From Dehalococcoidia bacterium (GTDB lineage: Bacteria; Chloroflexota; Dehalococcoidia; SHYD01), in NCBI GenBank assembly GCA_965220215.1, contig OZ244809.1, forward strand, positions 989,366 to 1,053,365: a stretch of 64,000 nucleotides of DNA, written 5' to 3'. How positions within the stretch are numbered: the stretch's first letter is position 1; each line of letters opens with the position of its first letter. Both the position numbers and the translations under genes were made by a program. Under the pieces are notes generated by a model that was given only the letters and a program-made list of their open reading frames with translations, did no database searches and was not told where the DNA came from. This document shows, in pieces, positions 1 to 8,773 of the stretch.

Positions 1-585
1 AGCAGCGCGCCGCCCAGGGCAGCAACGGCAGCGATTCCCGTCACGCCGCCCAGCAGCGCCACGTGGGGCGAATCCAGGCCGGTAAGAAGCACGGTAGCGA
101 CAAGAGCGAGGCCAAGCACTGCGCCCAAGTCCAGCAACCGGGCCAGCACGGTGGCGCTAGCCGCTATAGGCAGCGCGATGCCTCGGCCAGCCAGGAGCAC
201 GATACGTAAAGGCTCGCCAACCTTGATAGGGAAGAGGTGGTTGGCGAGCAACGAAATATGCAGGATGGCGAGTAGATGGAGAGTCTGACCTCCGTTGCGG
301 CCCAGCAAGACCCGCCACGCCCAGGCCCGCAGCAGGAACGCGCCGCCGTAGCCCGCAAGGAAGAGCGCCAGCCACTGGAGCGTGAGCGAAAGGCCGCTGA
401 TGGTCGCCAGCACCTGTGCGCTAAGGGGAGAGTAAGACAGCGAAAGTAGGAGAAGGAGGAGCGCGCCCGCCGTGCAAACCAGGCTGAGGACGCTCCAAGA
501 GGCCCGCCCCTGCAGCGACTGCTCCGCGCGCTGACCCAGTTGCGCCGCATAGTTGAGACTGGGCTTGGGAAGACTCTGCTGCATG
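1..585 (-). CDS. UPF0104 / flippase-like-domain membrane protein (lysylphosphatidylglycerol-synthase-type TM region). Partial gene running off the window start; the N-terminal 195 aa are present.
   Basis: Absent from the ORF track because there is no stop codon inside the window. Manual minus-strand translation from ATG 583-585 (GAGG lies 6-9 nt upstream) gives an uninterrupted hydrophobic ORF: MQQSLPKPSLNYAAQLGQRAEQSLQGRASWSVLSLVCTAGALLLLLLSL...AFLLRAWAWRVLLGRNGGQTLHLLAILHISLLANHLFPIKVGEPLRIVLLAGRG. The R-x-W-x-W-R-x-LL and FPxKxGEP-R motifs are typical of this family. The start lies 26 bp downstream of the ABC ATPase stop, consistent with the same operon. Confidence 0.6.
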
Positions 586-610
586 CTAGCCTCGGGTGTA
601 AACGGAGCGA

Positions 611-1669
611 CTACGTGGGGGTTGAGCCTACTGCTTCTTCAGCGGCAGCGAAGACCTGCACCGGGCCGACCACTTCAACCTCCACCCGCTGACCCAACTC
701 GAAGGCATTGGCAACGTCCACCCGAGCGCGGATCACACGGCCGGAAGCAAGCTGAATCGCGTAGCGCTGGGCGTGACCAAAGTATTCGCGACGCATCACT
801 TGGCCGCGCCCCTCTGCTGCGGCCTGCAGCCGCACACACTCCGGCTTCACATAGATGTCCACCGGCCCGGCTGCTTCGCCGGTAAACTGCAGATCGCCCA
901 GCTCGCACACTACGCGGTCGTCGTGCGCCTTGCCTGGCAGACAGTCCATGTCTCCCACAAACTGCGCAACCTCTCTGGAGATAGGGGTCTGATACACCAT
1001 TTCCGGCGTATCCACCTGCAGCACGCGTCCCTCCCACATCACGGCCACTTTATCGGCCAGGGACAGCGCCTCTTCCTGGTCGTGCGTCACGAAGACCGCG
1101 GTTGCGCCGGCATTTTCCAGGATCTCACGCACTTCGGCGCGCACCCGGGCACGCAATGTCGCATCGATGTTGGAGAAGGGCTCGTCCAGCAGGATAACCG
1201 CAGGCTGAGGGGCCAGCGCCCGGGCCAGCGCGATGCGCTGCTGTTGCCCGCCGGAAAGCTGGTGCGGGAAGCGCTCCCTGAGGTCGGCCAAGCCCACCAT
1301 CTCCAATATCCGTGAGACAGCGCTGTTCCTTGCCTCCTTGCTCATATGCATCAGCCCAAAGGCTACGTTATCCGCCACGTTCATATGGGGAAAGAGCGCG
1401 TAGTCCTGGAACACCATCCCCACGCGTCGTTGCTCCGGCGGCAATACGTGGCCGCGGTCTGCGACCACTCGTCCACTGATCTCGATTCGGCCGGCGTCGG
1501 GCGCTTCAAAGCCGGCCAACAAGCGTAAGGTGGTGGTCTTGCCGCAGCCGCTGGGCCCGACAAGAGAGAGCACTTCCCCCTCCGACACTTCCAGGTCAAC
1601 GCTGTCCACCGCCGTGGTGTGGCCAAAGCGCTTAGTCAGTCCGGTGCAGCGAATCACTACAGAAGCCAT
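611..1669 (-). CDS. ABC transporter ATP-binding protein, FbpC/PotA type with a C-terminal TOBE domain. Iron(III) import is likely.
   Basis: Walker A GPSGCGKTT, signature LSGGQQQRIALARAL, Walker B ILLDEPFSNID and H-loop VTHDQ. A roughly 110-aa C-terminal extension after the ATPase core is typical of FbpC/PotA/MalK. Confidence 0.9.
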   Translation of the reverse strand: MASVVIRCTGLTKRFGHTTAVDSVDLEVSEGEVLSLVGPSGCGKTTTLRLLAGFEAPDAGRIEISGRVVADRGHVLPPEQRRVGMVFQDYALFPHMNVADNVAFGLMHMSKEARNSAVSRILEMVGLADLRERFPHQLSGGQQQRIALARALAPQPAVILLDEPFSNIDATLRARVRAEVREILENAGATAVFVTHDQEEALSLADKVAVMWEGRVLQVDTPEMVYQTPISREVAQFVGDMDCLPGKAHDDRVVCELGDLQFTGEAAGPVDIYVKPECVRLQAAAEGRGQVMRREYFGHAQRYAIQLASGRVIRARVDVANAFELGQRVEVEVVGPVQVFAAAEEAVGSTPT

Positions 1670-1675
1670 ATTAGT

Positions 1676-3289
1676 TTACCTCCCCTCCTGCCTGAACAAG
1701 AGAGCAACGGATAAAGATGACGCCACTACTAAGAATAAGGATGGGACTGCGGCCTGTGCAAAGAGCGCTTCGCTGGCGGCGGACCAGATAGAAGTGGCGA
1801 GGGTCTCCACGCCCGGCGGACGCAAGAGCAGGGTGGCGGGCAGCTCTTCCATAGTCAGCAAAAATACCAGCGCCGCGCCGGCTATAACGCCCGGCAATAC
1901 AATGGGCAGCGTCACCTTAAAGAAGACGAGCCACGGCGGCATGCCCAGACTGCGGGCCGCCTCTTCCAGGTGTGGCGTCACCTGTCGGAGCGAGGTCCCT
2001 ATCCCGCCAAGGGCAGTGGGCAGGAAGAGGATAGCATAAGCCAGCAGCAGCAGGAACAACGTCTGGTACAACGGCTGCATATAGTTCGCGCCGAAAAATA
2101 CCAGTCCCAGGGCCAAGGCAATGCGGGGCAGCGCGAACCCTATATAGGTGGCGCTCTCCAGCAGCCTAGTGAGCGGCCCGGGATAGCGCACCGCGAGAAT
2201 TGCTATGGGCAGCGCCGCTAACACCGTGCACACCGCCGCCATCGCGGCGATGGACACCGAAGTGAAAGCTGCGTTCATGAAGAGATTTAAGGACTGTCCC
2301 GCTGCGATGCCCCGTACCGCCCATGTGATGAGCACGCCCAGCGGCAAGACCAGCGCGATCAGCAGCAGCACGCTTGAAAAGATAAGGGACGGCGCCTTCC
2401 ATGGCCCCAGACGATCCACCTTGCGCTCACGAGACGAGCCCGGATCGGAGCGGTAGTACTGCACGTTGCGCCGGGTCATCGCCTCCCCCAGGAGCACGAA
2501 AGCCGTCACCCCTACCAGCACTAGGGAGAGGCCGGCAGCCAGGCTCCGGTCGAAGGCGGACTGATACTGAACGTAGATGGCCCAAGTGAACGCCTCGTAG
2601 TTCATCAAGGAGACCGCGCCAAAGTCGCCCAAGCTGTAAAGCGCCGCTAACAGCGCGCCGCTAATAATGCCGGGCCGTAGCTGCGGTAGCAGGACTTGCC
2701 AGAAGGTCTCCCTGTTACTTCTTCCTAAATTGCGGGCCGCCTCTTCCATAGACGGGTCCAGCCGCTGCAACGCCGCGCGCACGGTGAGCATCACATAGGG
2801 GTAGGTGTGAAGTGTAAGCACCAGCAACGCGCCGGGAAAGCCGTAGAAGTCCGGGAGGCGTTCCACTCCCAGCGGAGCCAGCAAGCCCTGCACTAAGCCT
2901 TTTGGCCCAAAGGCAGTGATGAAGGCCAGTCCGCTCACATACGTCGGAATCACGAGGGGAAGAGTGGCCGCTATCAGCCAGAAACGGCGGAAGGGGATAT
3001 CCGTGCGGGTAGTGAGCCAGGCCAGTGGCACTCCTATCAGCACGGCCAGGGCCGTTACCGCCATAGTCAGTGCAAGGGAACGGAGGAAGATCGCCAGAAT
3101 GCGGATACTGAACAGGAAATCGAGTAGCTCCGGACCTGCGTTCAGCGCCCGCAGCAATAAGTAGATTACGGGCAAGGCAAGTGCTATGCCCACGACTGCC
3201 GCTGGCAGCGCCAGTCCAATGGGCGGCGCGCCGTGCCGGGAGCCGGACAGCAGCGGCCAGGTGATGGCCCGTGCCCACGACTTAGACAT
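1676..3289 (-). CDS. ABC transporter permease with two fused transmembrane domains (FbpB/ThiP-like, iron(III) type).
   Basis: 537-aa polytopic protein with duplicated permease halves; each half has an EAA-like loop (EEAARNLG... and EEAARSLG...). Lies 7 bp downstream of the binding-protein gene and 7 bp upstream of the ATPase gene. Confidence 0.85.
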   Translation of the reverse strand: MSKSWARAITWPLLSGSRHGAPPIGLALPAAVVGIALALPVIYLLLRALNAGPELLDFLFSIRILAIFLRSLALTMAVTALAVLIGVPLAWLTTRTDIPFRRFWLIAATLPLVIPTYVSGLAFITAFGPKGLVQGLLAPLGVERLPDFYGFPGALLVLTLHTYPYVMLTVRAALQRLDPSMEEAARNLGRSNRETFWQVLLPQLRPGIISGALLAALYSLGDFGAVSLMNYEAFTWAIYVQYQSAFDRSLAAGLSLVLVGVTAFVLLGEAMTRRNVQYYRSDPGSSRERKVDRLGPWKAPSLIFSSVLLLIALVLPLGVLITWAVRGIAAGQSLNLFMNAAFTSVSIAAMAAVCTVLAALPIAILAVRYPGPLTRLLESATYIGFALPRIALALGLVFFGANYMQPLYQTLFLLLLAYAILFLPTALGGIGTSLRQVTPHLEEAARSLGMPPWLVFFKVTLPIVLPGVIAGAALVFLLTMEELPATLLLRPPGVETLATSIWSAASEALFAQAAVPSLFLVVASSLSVALLFRQEGR

Positions 3290-3301
3290 GACTAGCTCGT
3301 G

Positions 3302-4324
3302 TTATGGAAGTACTCCTGTCTCTCGAAGCAGCTTCAGCGTACCCTCAACATCCCCCAGCTTATCCTGGTCTATCGCTGGAGGATCCAACTCATCAAAGGA
3401 TGTCAACCCGGCTGGCCCTGCCATACCCGCCACCAGCGGGTACTCAAAGGTCTTCTCTACAAAGAACTGCTGTGTCTCTTCGGACAAAAGGTAGGTCACA
3501 AATTTCTGTGCCGCCTCCTGCTGCTGGCTGCGCTTCAGGATACCCGCGCCTGCCACGTCCACTAACGACCCCGGATCGCCTCCCTGAAGAAAGAAGTTCC
3601 GTGCGCCAAAACTCTCGCCGCGCTCGTTGATGTACCGTGGCACGTAGTAATGATTCACAAAGCCGACCTCTATCTCACCATCAGCGGCAGCCTGCACGGT
3701 GCTGATGAGGTTGGGGTAGACGCGCGGCTCGTTGGCCTTGATGCCCAGCACCCATTGCCTTGCCCGCTCTTCGCCAAGTTGGATACGAAGCGCAGTCACC
3801 GTTAGCTGCCACTCTCCGTGGGTGGGCGACCAGCCGATCTTGCCCTTCCATGCAGGATCGGTGTAGTCAAGTATGGAAGTTGGGAGCGTCTTGGGGCTTT
3901 GCGCCTTGGTGTTGTACACCACAACCTTGGCGCGGCCGGAGGTGCCGACCCACTCCCCCTTGGTAGAGCGAAACCGCGGGTCCACCTTGTTGAGCACCGA
4001 CTCAGGCAGCGTCGCCAGAAATCCCCGCTGGGATAGGGCTCCCAAGCCGCTGCTCTCGCCCAAATAGACGAGGTCTGCGGGCGAGTTCTCCCCTTCTTCC
4101 AGCAGCGTTGCCACAATCGAAGCGGTCGTATCGTACTTCACTCGCAGGTTCACGCCCGCTGTTGCCGCGTAAGTGGTGAGTATGGGCTGTACCAGGCTCT
4201 GTGACCGGCTGGAGTAGACCGTGAGGGTAGGTGCATCGCCTTGGCCCATGCCGGGAATGGCGCACCCGCTTGCTATCAGCAGCCAGGCAAACGCCAAGCC
4301 CTGCAGGAAAATCAATCGGTTCAT
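3302..4324 (-). CDS. Periplasmic substrate-binding lipoprotein of the ABC transporter, FbpA/AfuA-like ferric-iron binding family.
   Basis: Lipoprotein signal MNRLIFLQGLAFAWLLIASGC. About 340 aa. The HYY tyrosine pair in VNHYYVPRY resembles the FbpA Fe ligands. Solute-binding family 1 architecture, first gene of the transporter operon. Confidence 0.75.
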   Translation of the reverse strand: MNRLIFLQGLAFAWLLIASGCAIPGMGQGDAPTLTVYSSRSQSLVQPILTTYAATAGVNLRVKYDTTASIVATLLEEGENSPADLVYLGESSGLGALSQRGFLATLPESVLNKVDPRFRSTKGEWVGTSGRAKVVVYNTKAQSPKTLPTSILDYTDPAWKGKIGWSPTHGEWQLTVTALRIQLGEERARQWVLGIKANEPRVYPNLISTVQAAADGEIEVGFVNHYYVPRYINERGESFGARNFFLQGGDPGSLVDVAGAGILKRSQQQEAAQKFVTYLLSEETQQFFVEKTFEYPLVAGMAGPAGLTSFDELDPPAIDQDKLGDVEGTLKLLRETGVLP

Positions 4325-4376
4325 AAGCGTGTGAAGCTATCCTCTCTTGTGCTACTGAACGGAGCCCTTCTACTTG

Positions 4377-4907
4377 TTACGGCGTCACCGTAAACGGCTT
4401 CCACATACCCAATTCATAGTGGCTCTCTAACGTGCCCTCCTCTACTTCCGCGATGTTGCAGATGAGCGCGTACTTACCGGGGGTCAGATTGAACACTCCC
4501 GATGCCTTAGAGTTTGCTGCAAAGGGCTCTATTTCACCCACTAGGTTTACCTTGTCCTCGGGCACTCTTCCCTCAGATGTCGGAAGGCCCTCAGGCGCAA
4601 GGTCTGTCTTGATAATGACCAACTCATGGGCATCATCCGGACCCAGGTTGTCAACCAGGAAGTAGATGTTACCGGCCTTGACTGTTGTGGTCTGCAACTG
4701 AATGTCCCACTCTCTGAGCGTCACGTTCACTTGGGTTGCGCCCGCTGGAATCGGTTCAACAACGCCTGGCTCGGCAGCGGCTCCGCTTACGGAGACGGAG
4801 GCCGATCCGCCCAAGTTCTCCACGGTCCCCGGACGCGGTTCCTCCTGGCAGGCGGCCGCAAGAAGAGCTAAGGCAAATGCGCTCGTAAACAGAAGTCGTG
4901 GGCTCAT
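4377..4907 (-). CDS. Cupredoxin-like lipoprotein resembling the EfeO N-terminal domain, with candidate type-1 copper ligands.
   Basis: Internal Met start MSPRLLFTSAFALALLAAAC is a lipobox. The NIYFLVDNLGPDDAHELVIIK motif matches the EfeO-type cupredoxin fold. Candidate ligands are H(DDAHE), C(LICNI), H(ESHYE) and M(LGM). The ORF track extends to 4967 with a TTG start; the internal ATG was chosen. Confidence 0.55.
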   Translation of the reverse strand: MSPRLLFTSAFALALLAAACQEEPRPGTVENLGGSASVSVSGAAAEPGVVEPIPAGATQVNVTLREWDIQLQTTTVKAGNIYFLVDNLGPDDAHELVIIKTDLAPEGLPTSEGRVPEDKVNLVGEIEPFAANSKASGVFNLTPGKYALICNIAEVEEGTLESHYELGMWKPFTVTP

Positions 4908-5037
4908 GTACTCATTTCTTAGATTATTGTGCCTTTCTATTATCCTGTTAGGTCTGCCTAATGGCAAACGTTGTAAAAGCTAATACTATCTGTTTGGTAT
5001 GTCAATACGGAAGTACCGTAGCTAACTCGGTTTTCCC

Positions 5038-5079
5038 CAGCTTGCGGCCTGCCGTGATGCATGGGCAGGCCGCAAGCTG
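5038..5079 (-). other. Intercistronic perfect 16-bp-stem hairpin: CAGCTTGCGGCCTGCC-gtgatgcatg-GGCAGGCCGCAAGCTG.
   Basis: Seen directly in the sequence. It lies immediately 3' of the 392-aa lipoprotein gene stop and 130 bp upstream of the cupredoxin gene. There is no U-tract on either strand. Confidence 0.5.
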
Positions 5080-5092
5080 CTATGTATAACAG

Positions 5093-6271
5093 CTACTGAA
5101 AGTCTGCCGGATTCACCAGGTCGCTATCTTTGAGCATCAGTGCTCCGGCCGTCCCATTGATAGCCGCGAGCGCACTATCCCGCATAGCGGTTGTGAGCTT
5201 GGTGGCATCACCCGTGTAGAAGTCCACAATTGCTTGATTCGCTGCAGCGTCCGCCAGGGCCACTTGCGGCTGGATATTCAAGTAGTAGGAGTAGCCCTCC
5301 ACCATGGCCGTCTTTGCCTTCTCTACATCGCCGCCTTGCACTGCCTTCACCGCTTCATTCAGGTACCGCACGCTACATAGGTAGAAGATCGCGTGGTATC
5401 GCGAGTAGACGTCGTTTGCTGCTGCGTCGTAGGCTTCCTGATTATCGTTGGTAGCTGCCTGCTGTGCCCGGCTCAGAGCTTCACGTAAGGGTGTGTCCAG
5501 CGTGCCCGGCCGGTTGAAGTTGGCCTCCCTGCTCTGTGCAACGGCTGCCAAAGAGTTGGGATACTTGCCGTCTTTCTCCTCGCCCACATAGATGGCCCAT
5601 GCCTCGTCAACCCAGCCTTCATTGAGAGTCTCGCGGGCGTTTTGTACGTAGCGCCGCGACCAGTGGTAGATGATTCGAAGGATGCCCTTCTTGATGGCTT
5701 GGCTTTGCTGGGCCGGAGTGTATCCTTCTGCGCTACGGCGGTTGCGAATTACGTCGCTAATATGCGTGTCCAGGAATGTCGGAGTGGCGTAGAACTCCGC
5801 GGCCACCGGATACTCTTTAGCACGCGACTCTGACCGTGCAAAGGCTCTCAGGGAGCGGCTGGAGGCCCCTAACCTGGTGTGCATCCCTGCTTCATACAGC
5901 AGCAGAATTTCAGCAGCGGGTAGCGGCTCGCCGTCCTTGACCCGATTAGCCAACGTTGCAATCTCCTGGTAGTCGGTAGAGATTTTCTGGTAGATCTCTC
6001 GGTTAGTGGTAGCGGTGAAAATACCATCGGATTTAGTGGGACCAGAAGTCTCAGGTTCTAGCCCAACTGGAATGAAGATTCCCTTATCGCCGAACTTGGA
6101 TGACATGGCTGGAGTTGGTGCCGGCGCTGCCACAGCAGAAACGGATACGCTGCCTCCTGTGCCGTCACCTATCGTCTCAACCGTGACAGGCCTGGATTCC
6201 ACCTGGCAGCCTAGTGCCGCCGCGGACAAGAGAAAAACGCTTACTATAGTGAGCCAACGTGAAAGGAACAT
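5093..6271 (-). CDS. Secreted lipoprotein of unknown function (Ala/Glu-rich, predicted helical), first gene of the putative iron-uptake operon.
   Basis: Lipobox MFLSRWLTIVSVFLLSAAALGC. No recognisable catalytic motif; an imelysin GxHxE motif was looked for and not found. Sits directly upstream of the cupredoxin-like gene with an AT-rich promoter region upstream. Confidence 0.45.
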   Translation of the reverse strand: MFLSRWLTIVSVFLLSAAALGCQVESRPVTVETIGDGTGGSVSVSAVAAPAPTPAMSSKFGDKGIFIPVGLEPETSGPTKSDGIFTATTNREIYQKISTDYQEIATLANRVKDGEPLPAAEILLLYEAGMHTRLGASSRSLRAFARSESRAKEYPVAAEFYATPTFLDTHISDVIRNRRSAEGYTPAQQSQAIKKGILRIIYHWSRRYVQNARETLNEGWVDEAWAIYVGEEKDGKYPNSLAAVAQSREANFNRPGTLDTPLREALSRAQQAATNDNQEAYDAAANDVYSRYHAIFYLCSVRYLNEAVKAVQGGDVEKAKTAMVEGYSYYLNIQPQVALADAAANQAIVDFYTGDATKLTTAMRDSALAAINGTAGALMLKDSDLVNPADFQ

Positions 6272-6317
6272 CCCTTACAACCTCCCAACTGTTAATTTAT
6301 TGGTTAGGGTCAGTTTA

Positions 6318-6343
6318 TTAGGTAACCCTAATAAGAATTATTA
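6318..6343. promoter_or_regulatory. Candidate metalloregulator operator: TTAGGTAACCCTAA inverted repeat (IdeR/DtxR-like half sites TTAGG/CCTAA) overlapping a TAATAA-N3-TTATTA palindrome, inside an AT-rich divergent promoter region.
   Basis: Seen in the sequence at 6318-6331 and 6329-6343. The region 6272-6611 is far more AT-rich than its surroundings and separates the divergent lipoprotein (minus) and ubiD (plus) genes. Confidence 0.3.
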
Positions 6344-6611
6344 GTGATTTTATAGCTGAGTTATTAGGCTGTCAATAGCAAATCTCTTCCCTATTTCAAA
6401 TATTCAGAACTTTTTTGCCCTCGAGTGTCTTAACTGTGACTGCTTCGAGCTAATGTTGCTGATGCCCAATAGAGCGGCAGCAGTTCTATACACCACCCTC
6501 CAAGGAGCTCGGCGCAGCAGGGACGATTAGCCACGGACAATTGACAGTGGTTGTAGCTTGCCCGCATCATGATTGAGCTATGCCGTTGACACAAAAAGTT
6601 AGATCCCGACG

Positions 6612-8069
6612 ATGGCTTTTACCGACCTTCACCAATTTGTAGAGTTCCTGGACCGCAACCACCGGTTGCAACGGATCAAGGCGTCCGTTGACCCGGTGCT
6701 GGAGCTCGCCGAGATCACGGACCGTGTCTGCAAGGCAGACGGCGGCGGCACAGCCCTCCTCTTTGAGCACGTGCAGGGTTCGAGCATGCCCGTGCTTATC
6801 AACACCTTCGGCAGTGAGGAGCGTATGTGCTGGGCGCTGGGCGTGGATAGCCTGGACGATCTGGGCGCGCGCATCAGTCACCTGTTGAGCATGAACATGC
6901 CCACATCCTTTGTGGAGCGCGCAAAGAAGCTCCTGGAGATGAGCGAGGTTGCCCGCTTCTCACCCAAAGTGGTAAGCCAAGCGCCCTGCCAGGAACTCGT
7001 AGAGACCGTCAATCCCTCTCTGGCAGATATCCCCATCATGCAGTGCTGGCCTGATGACGGAGGCCGCTATATCACCTTCCCCCTGGTCTTCACCAAGAAC
7101 CCTTCTACTGGGCAGCGCAACGTGGGGACGTACCGCCTCCAGGTCTACGACGACCGTACCCTGGGGATGCACTGGCACATTCATAAAGGCGGCGCAGAGC
7201 ACTTCCGGCAGGGCCAGGAACGCGGTCGGGGATTAGAGGTCGCCATCGCTCTGGGCGCGGACCCGGTCACCATGTACGCCGGCACCTGCCCGCTCCCGCC
7301 TATTGTGGACGAGATGATGCTGGCGGGGTGGCTCCGTCGTGAGCGTGTAGAGATGGTGAAAGGTGTAACCGTAGACCTAGAGGTGCCAGCCCATGCGGAG
7401 ATCATCCTGGAAGGCTACGTTGACCCGCAGGAGCATCGCACAGAGGGCCCATTCGGCGACCACACCGGTTTCTATTCCTTAGAGGACGAGTATCCCGTCT
7501 TCCATCTGACCGCGGTCACCAGACGCCGCGATGCCATCTACCCATCGATCATTGTTGGACGGCCGCCCATGGAGGACGGCTGGCTGGGCAAGGCTACGGA
7601 ACGCCTCTTTCTGCCGCTGATACGGTTAATCCATCCAGAAGTGGTGGACATAGACATGCCCTTTGAGGGCAGTTTTCACAACCTGGTGATTGTCTCTGTT
7701 CGCAAGTCCTATCCAGGGCAGGTGCGCAAAGTGATGTACGGCCTGTGGAGCCTTGGCCTCTTGATGCTTGCCAAGAACATCATCGTGCTGGATGAAGACG
7801 CGAACGTGCACGATGCAAGCGAGGTGGTGTGGCGCATCACAAACAACGTCGACCCCAAACGAGACGTGGTCATTGTTGACGGACCGCTGGATGCCCTGGA
7901 CTACGCATCGCCGATGCCGCACTACGGCTCTAAGATGGGCATAGACGGCACTAAGAAGGGGCCAATGGATGGACACACCCGACCCTGGCCGGAAGAGGTC
8001 ACCATGTCGCCGGAGGTCAAGGAATTGGTCACTCGGCGCTGGCAGGAGTACGGCATCCGGCTCAACTGA
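6612..8069 (+). CDS. ubiD: UbiD-family prFMN-dependent decarboxylase (menaquinone/ubiquinone biosynthesis decarboxylase).
   Basis: 485 aa. The N-terminus MAFTDLHQFVEFLDRNHRLQRI and full-length similarity to 3-octaprenyl-4-hydroxybenzoate carboxy-lyase are recognised. Operonic with the UbiA prenyltransferase downstream. Confidence 0.85.
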   Translation: MAFTDLHQFVEFLDRNHRLQRIKASVDPVLELAEITDRVCKADGGGTALLFEHVQGSSMPVLINTFGSEERMCWALGVDSLDDLGARISHLLSMNMPTSFVERAKKLLEMSEVARFSPKVVSQAPCQELVETVNPSLADIPIMQCWPDDGGRYITFPLVFTKNPSTGQRNVGTYRLQVYDDRTLGMHWHIHKGGAEHFRQGQERGRGLEVAIALGADPVTMYAGTCPLPPIVDEMMLAGWLRRERVEMVKGVTVDLEVPAHAEIILEGYVDPQEHRTEGPFGDHTGFYSLEDEYPVFHLTAVTRRRDAIYPSIIVGRPPMEDGWLGKATERLFLPLIRLIHPEVVDIDMPFEGSFHNLVIVSVRKSYPGQVRKVMYGLWSLGLLMLAKNIIVLDEDANVHDASEVVWRITNNVDPKRDVVIVDGPLDALDYASPMPHYGSKMGIDGTKKGPMDGHTRPWPEEVTMSPEVKELVTRRWQEYGIRLN

Positions 8070-8116
8070 AGTTCAACAAACTAACACTCCTAACGAAGAG
8101 TTGAGGCGCCTCCCAT

Positions 8117-8773
8117 ATGCGGGTAAAACACGCACACTACACGCACAAAACGCCCTTCCGTGCCCATTCCTTCCTGTCCGACGTGCCGCTGCACGATGTC
8201 TGGGCTATCCTTCTGCACGCACGCGGGCCTAAACGTAACATTCAGGATGTACGACGCGTCCTTGCCTCCCTGCGCACTGAGCACCCTGACCCGCTTGTGG
8301 CCTTCTTTCTACGCGCCCGGCAGCGGCTAGGACACATCTTTGAGTGGGACGACGATAATCACGGCACACCGGACAGCTCTTACGTGCACCGTCTCACGCC
8401 GGACGACCGCAGCCGCTCTTTGGAACCGCCGGGGACGATTGACCCCGCCTCCGACTTTCGTGTGCTCTACGTCTTTGAGGATGAGGCCGCCTTCGAAGTC
8501 ATTAACGGCACCGGGCAGTCCTTCTTCGTCATCGCAATGGAACCTTTGGCTGAAGGCTACATTCTTTATGCCGCAGTCTACGTGAAGAATACGAACTGGT
8601 TCACACCTTTCTACACCGTCGTAGCAGACCCCTTTCTCCGCTACATCATCTACCCCACCATCATCCATAACCTGGAGTCATTATGGGCGGGACTCTACGC
8701 CCGGCCGCGCGGGCACGCGCCGCCGCCACCCCCGCCACTTCCTCCCCCTAGGTCATTTAGAGGCCGGTTCTGA
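8117..8773 (+). CDS. Hypothetical protein with a Pro-rich C-terminus, embedded between the ubiD and ubiA genes.
   Basis: 218-aa ORF. Its stop overlaps the ubiA start by 4 bp (ATGA), suggesting translational coupling. No recognisable motif. The C-terminus is PPPPPPLPPPRSFRGRF. Confidence 0.45.
   Translation: MRVKHAHYTHKTPFRAHSFLSDVPLHDVWAILLHARGPKRNIQDVRRVLASLRTEHPDPLVAFFLRARQRLGHIFEWDDDNHGTPDSSYVHRLTPDDRSRSLEPPGTIDPASDFRVLYVFEDEAAFEVINGTGQSFFVIAMEPLAEGYILYAAVYVKNTNWFTPFYTVVADPFLRYIIYPTIIHNLESLWAGLYARPRGHAPPPPPPLPPPRSFRGRF

Noticed and set aside
553-1315. Plus-strand ORFs (110 and 180 aa) antisense to the ABC ATPase gene.
   Set aside because: Their compositions are Arg/Pro/His-rich, typical of spurious high-GC antisense frames. 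The opposite strand encodes an unmistakable ABC ATPase.
5093-6271. Calling the 392-aa lipoprotein an imelysin/EfeM (peptidase M75) protein.
   Set aside because: The diagnostic GxHxxE motif was not found in the translation, so it is left as a hypothetical protein.
6329-6343. Calling TAATAAGAATTATTA a Fur box.
   Set aside because: It is AT-rich and palindromic but does not match the GATAATGATAATCATTATC consensus well. It is retained only as a generic operator candidate.
8070-8116. The inverted repeat CTCAACT...AGTTGAG after the ubiD stop, considered as a terminator.
   Set aside because: The arms are about 40 nt apart with no U-tract, and the next gene is translationally coupled downstream. 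It is unlikely to terminate.
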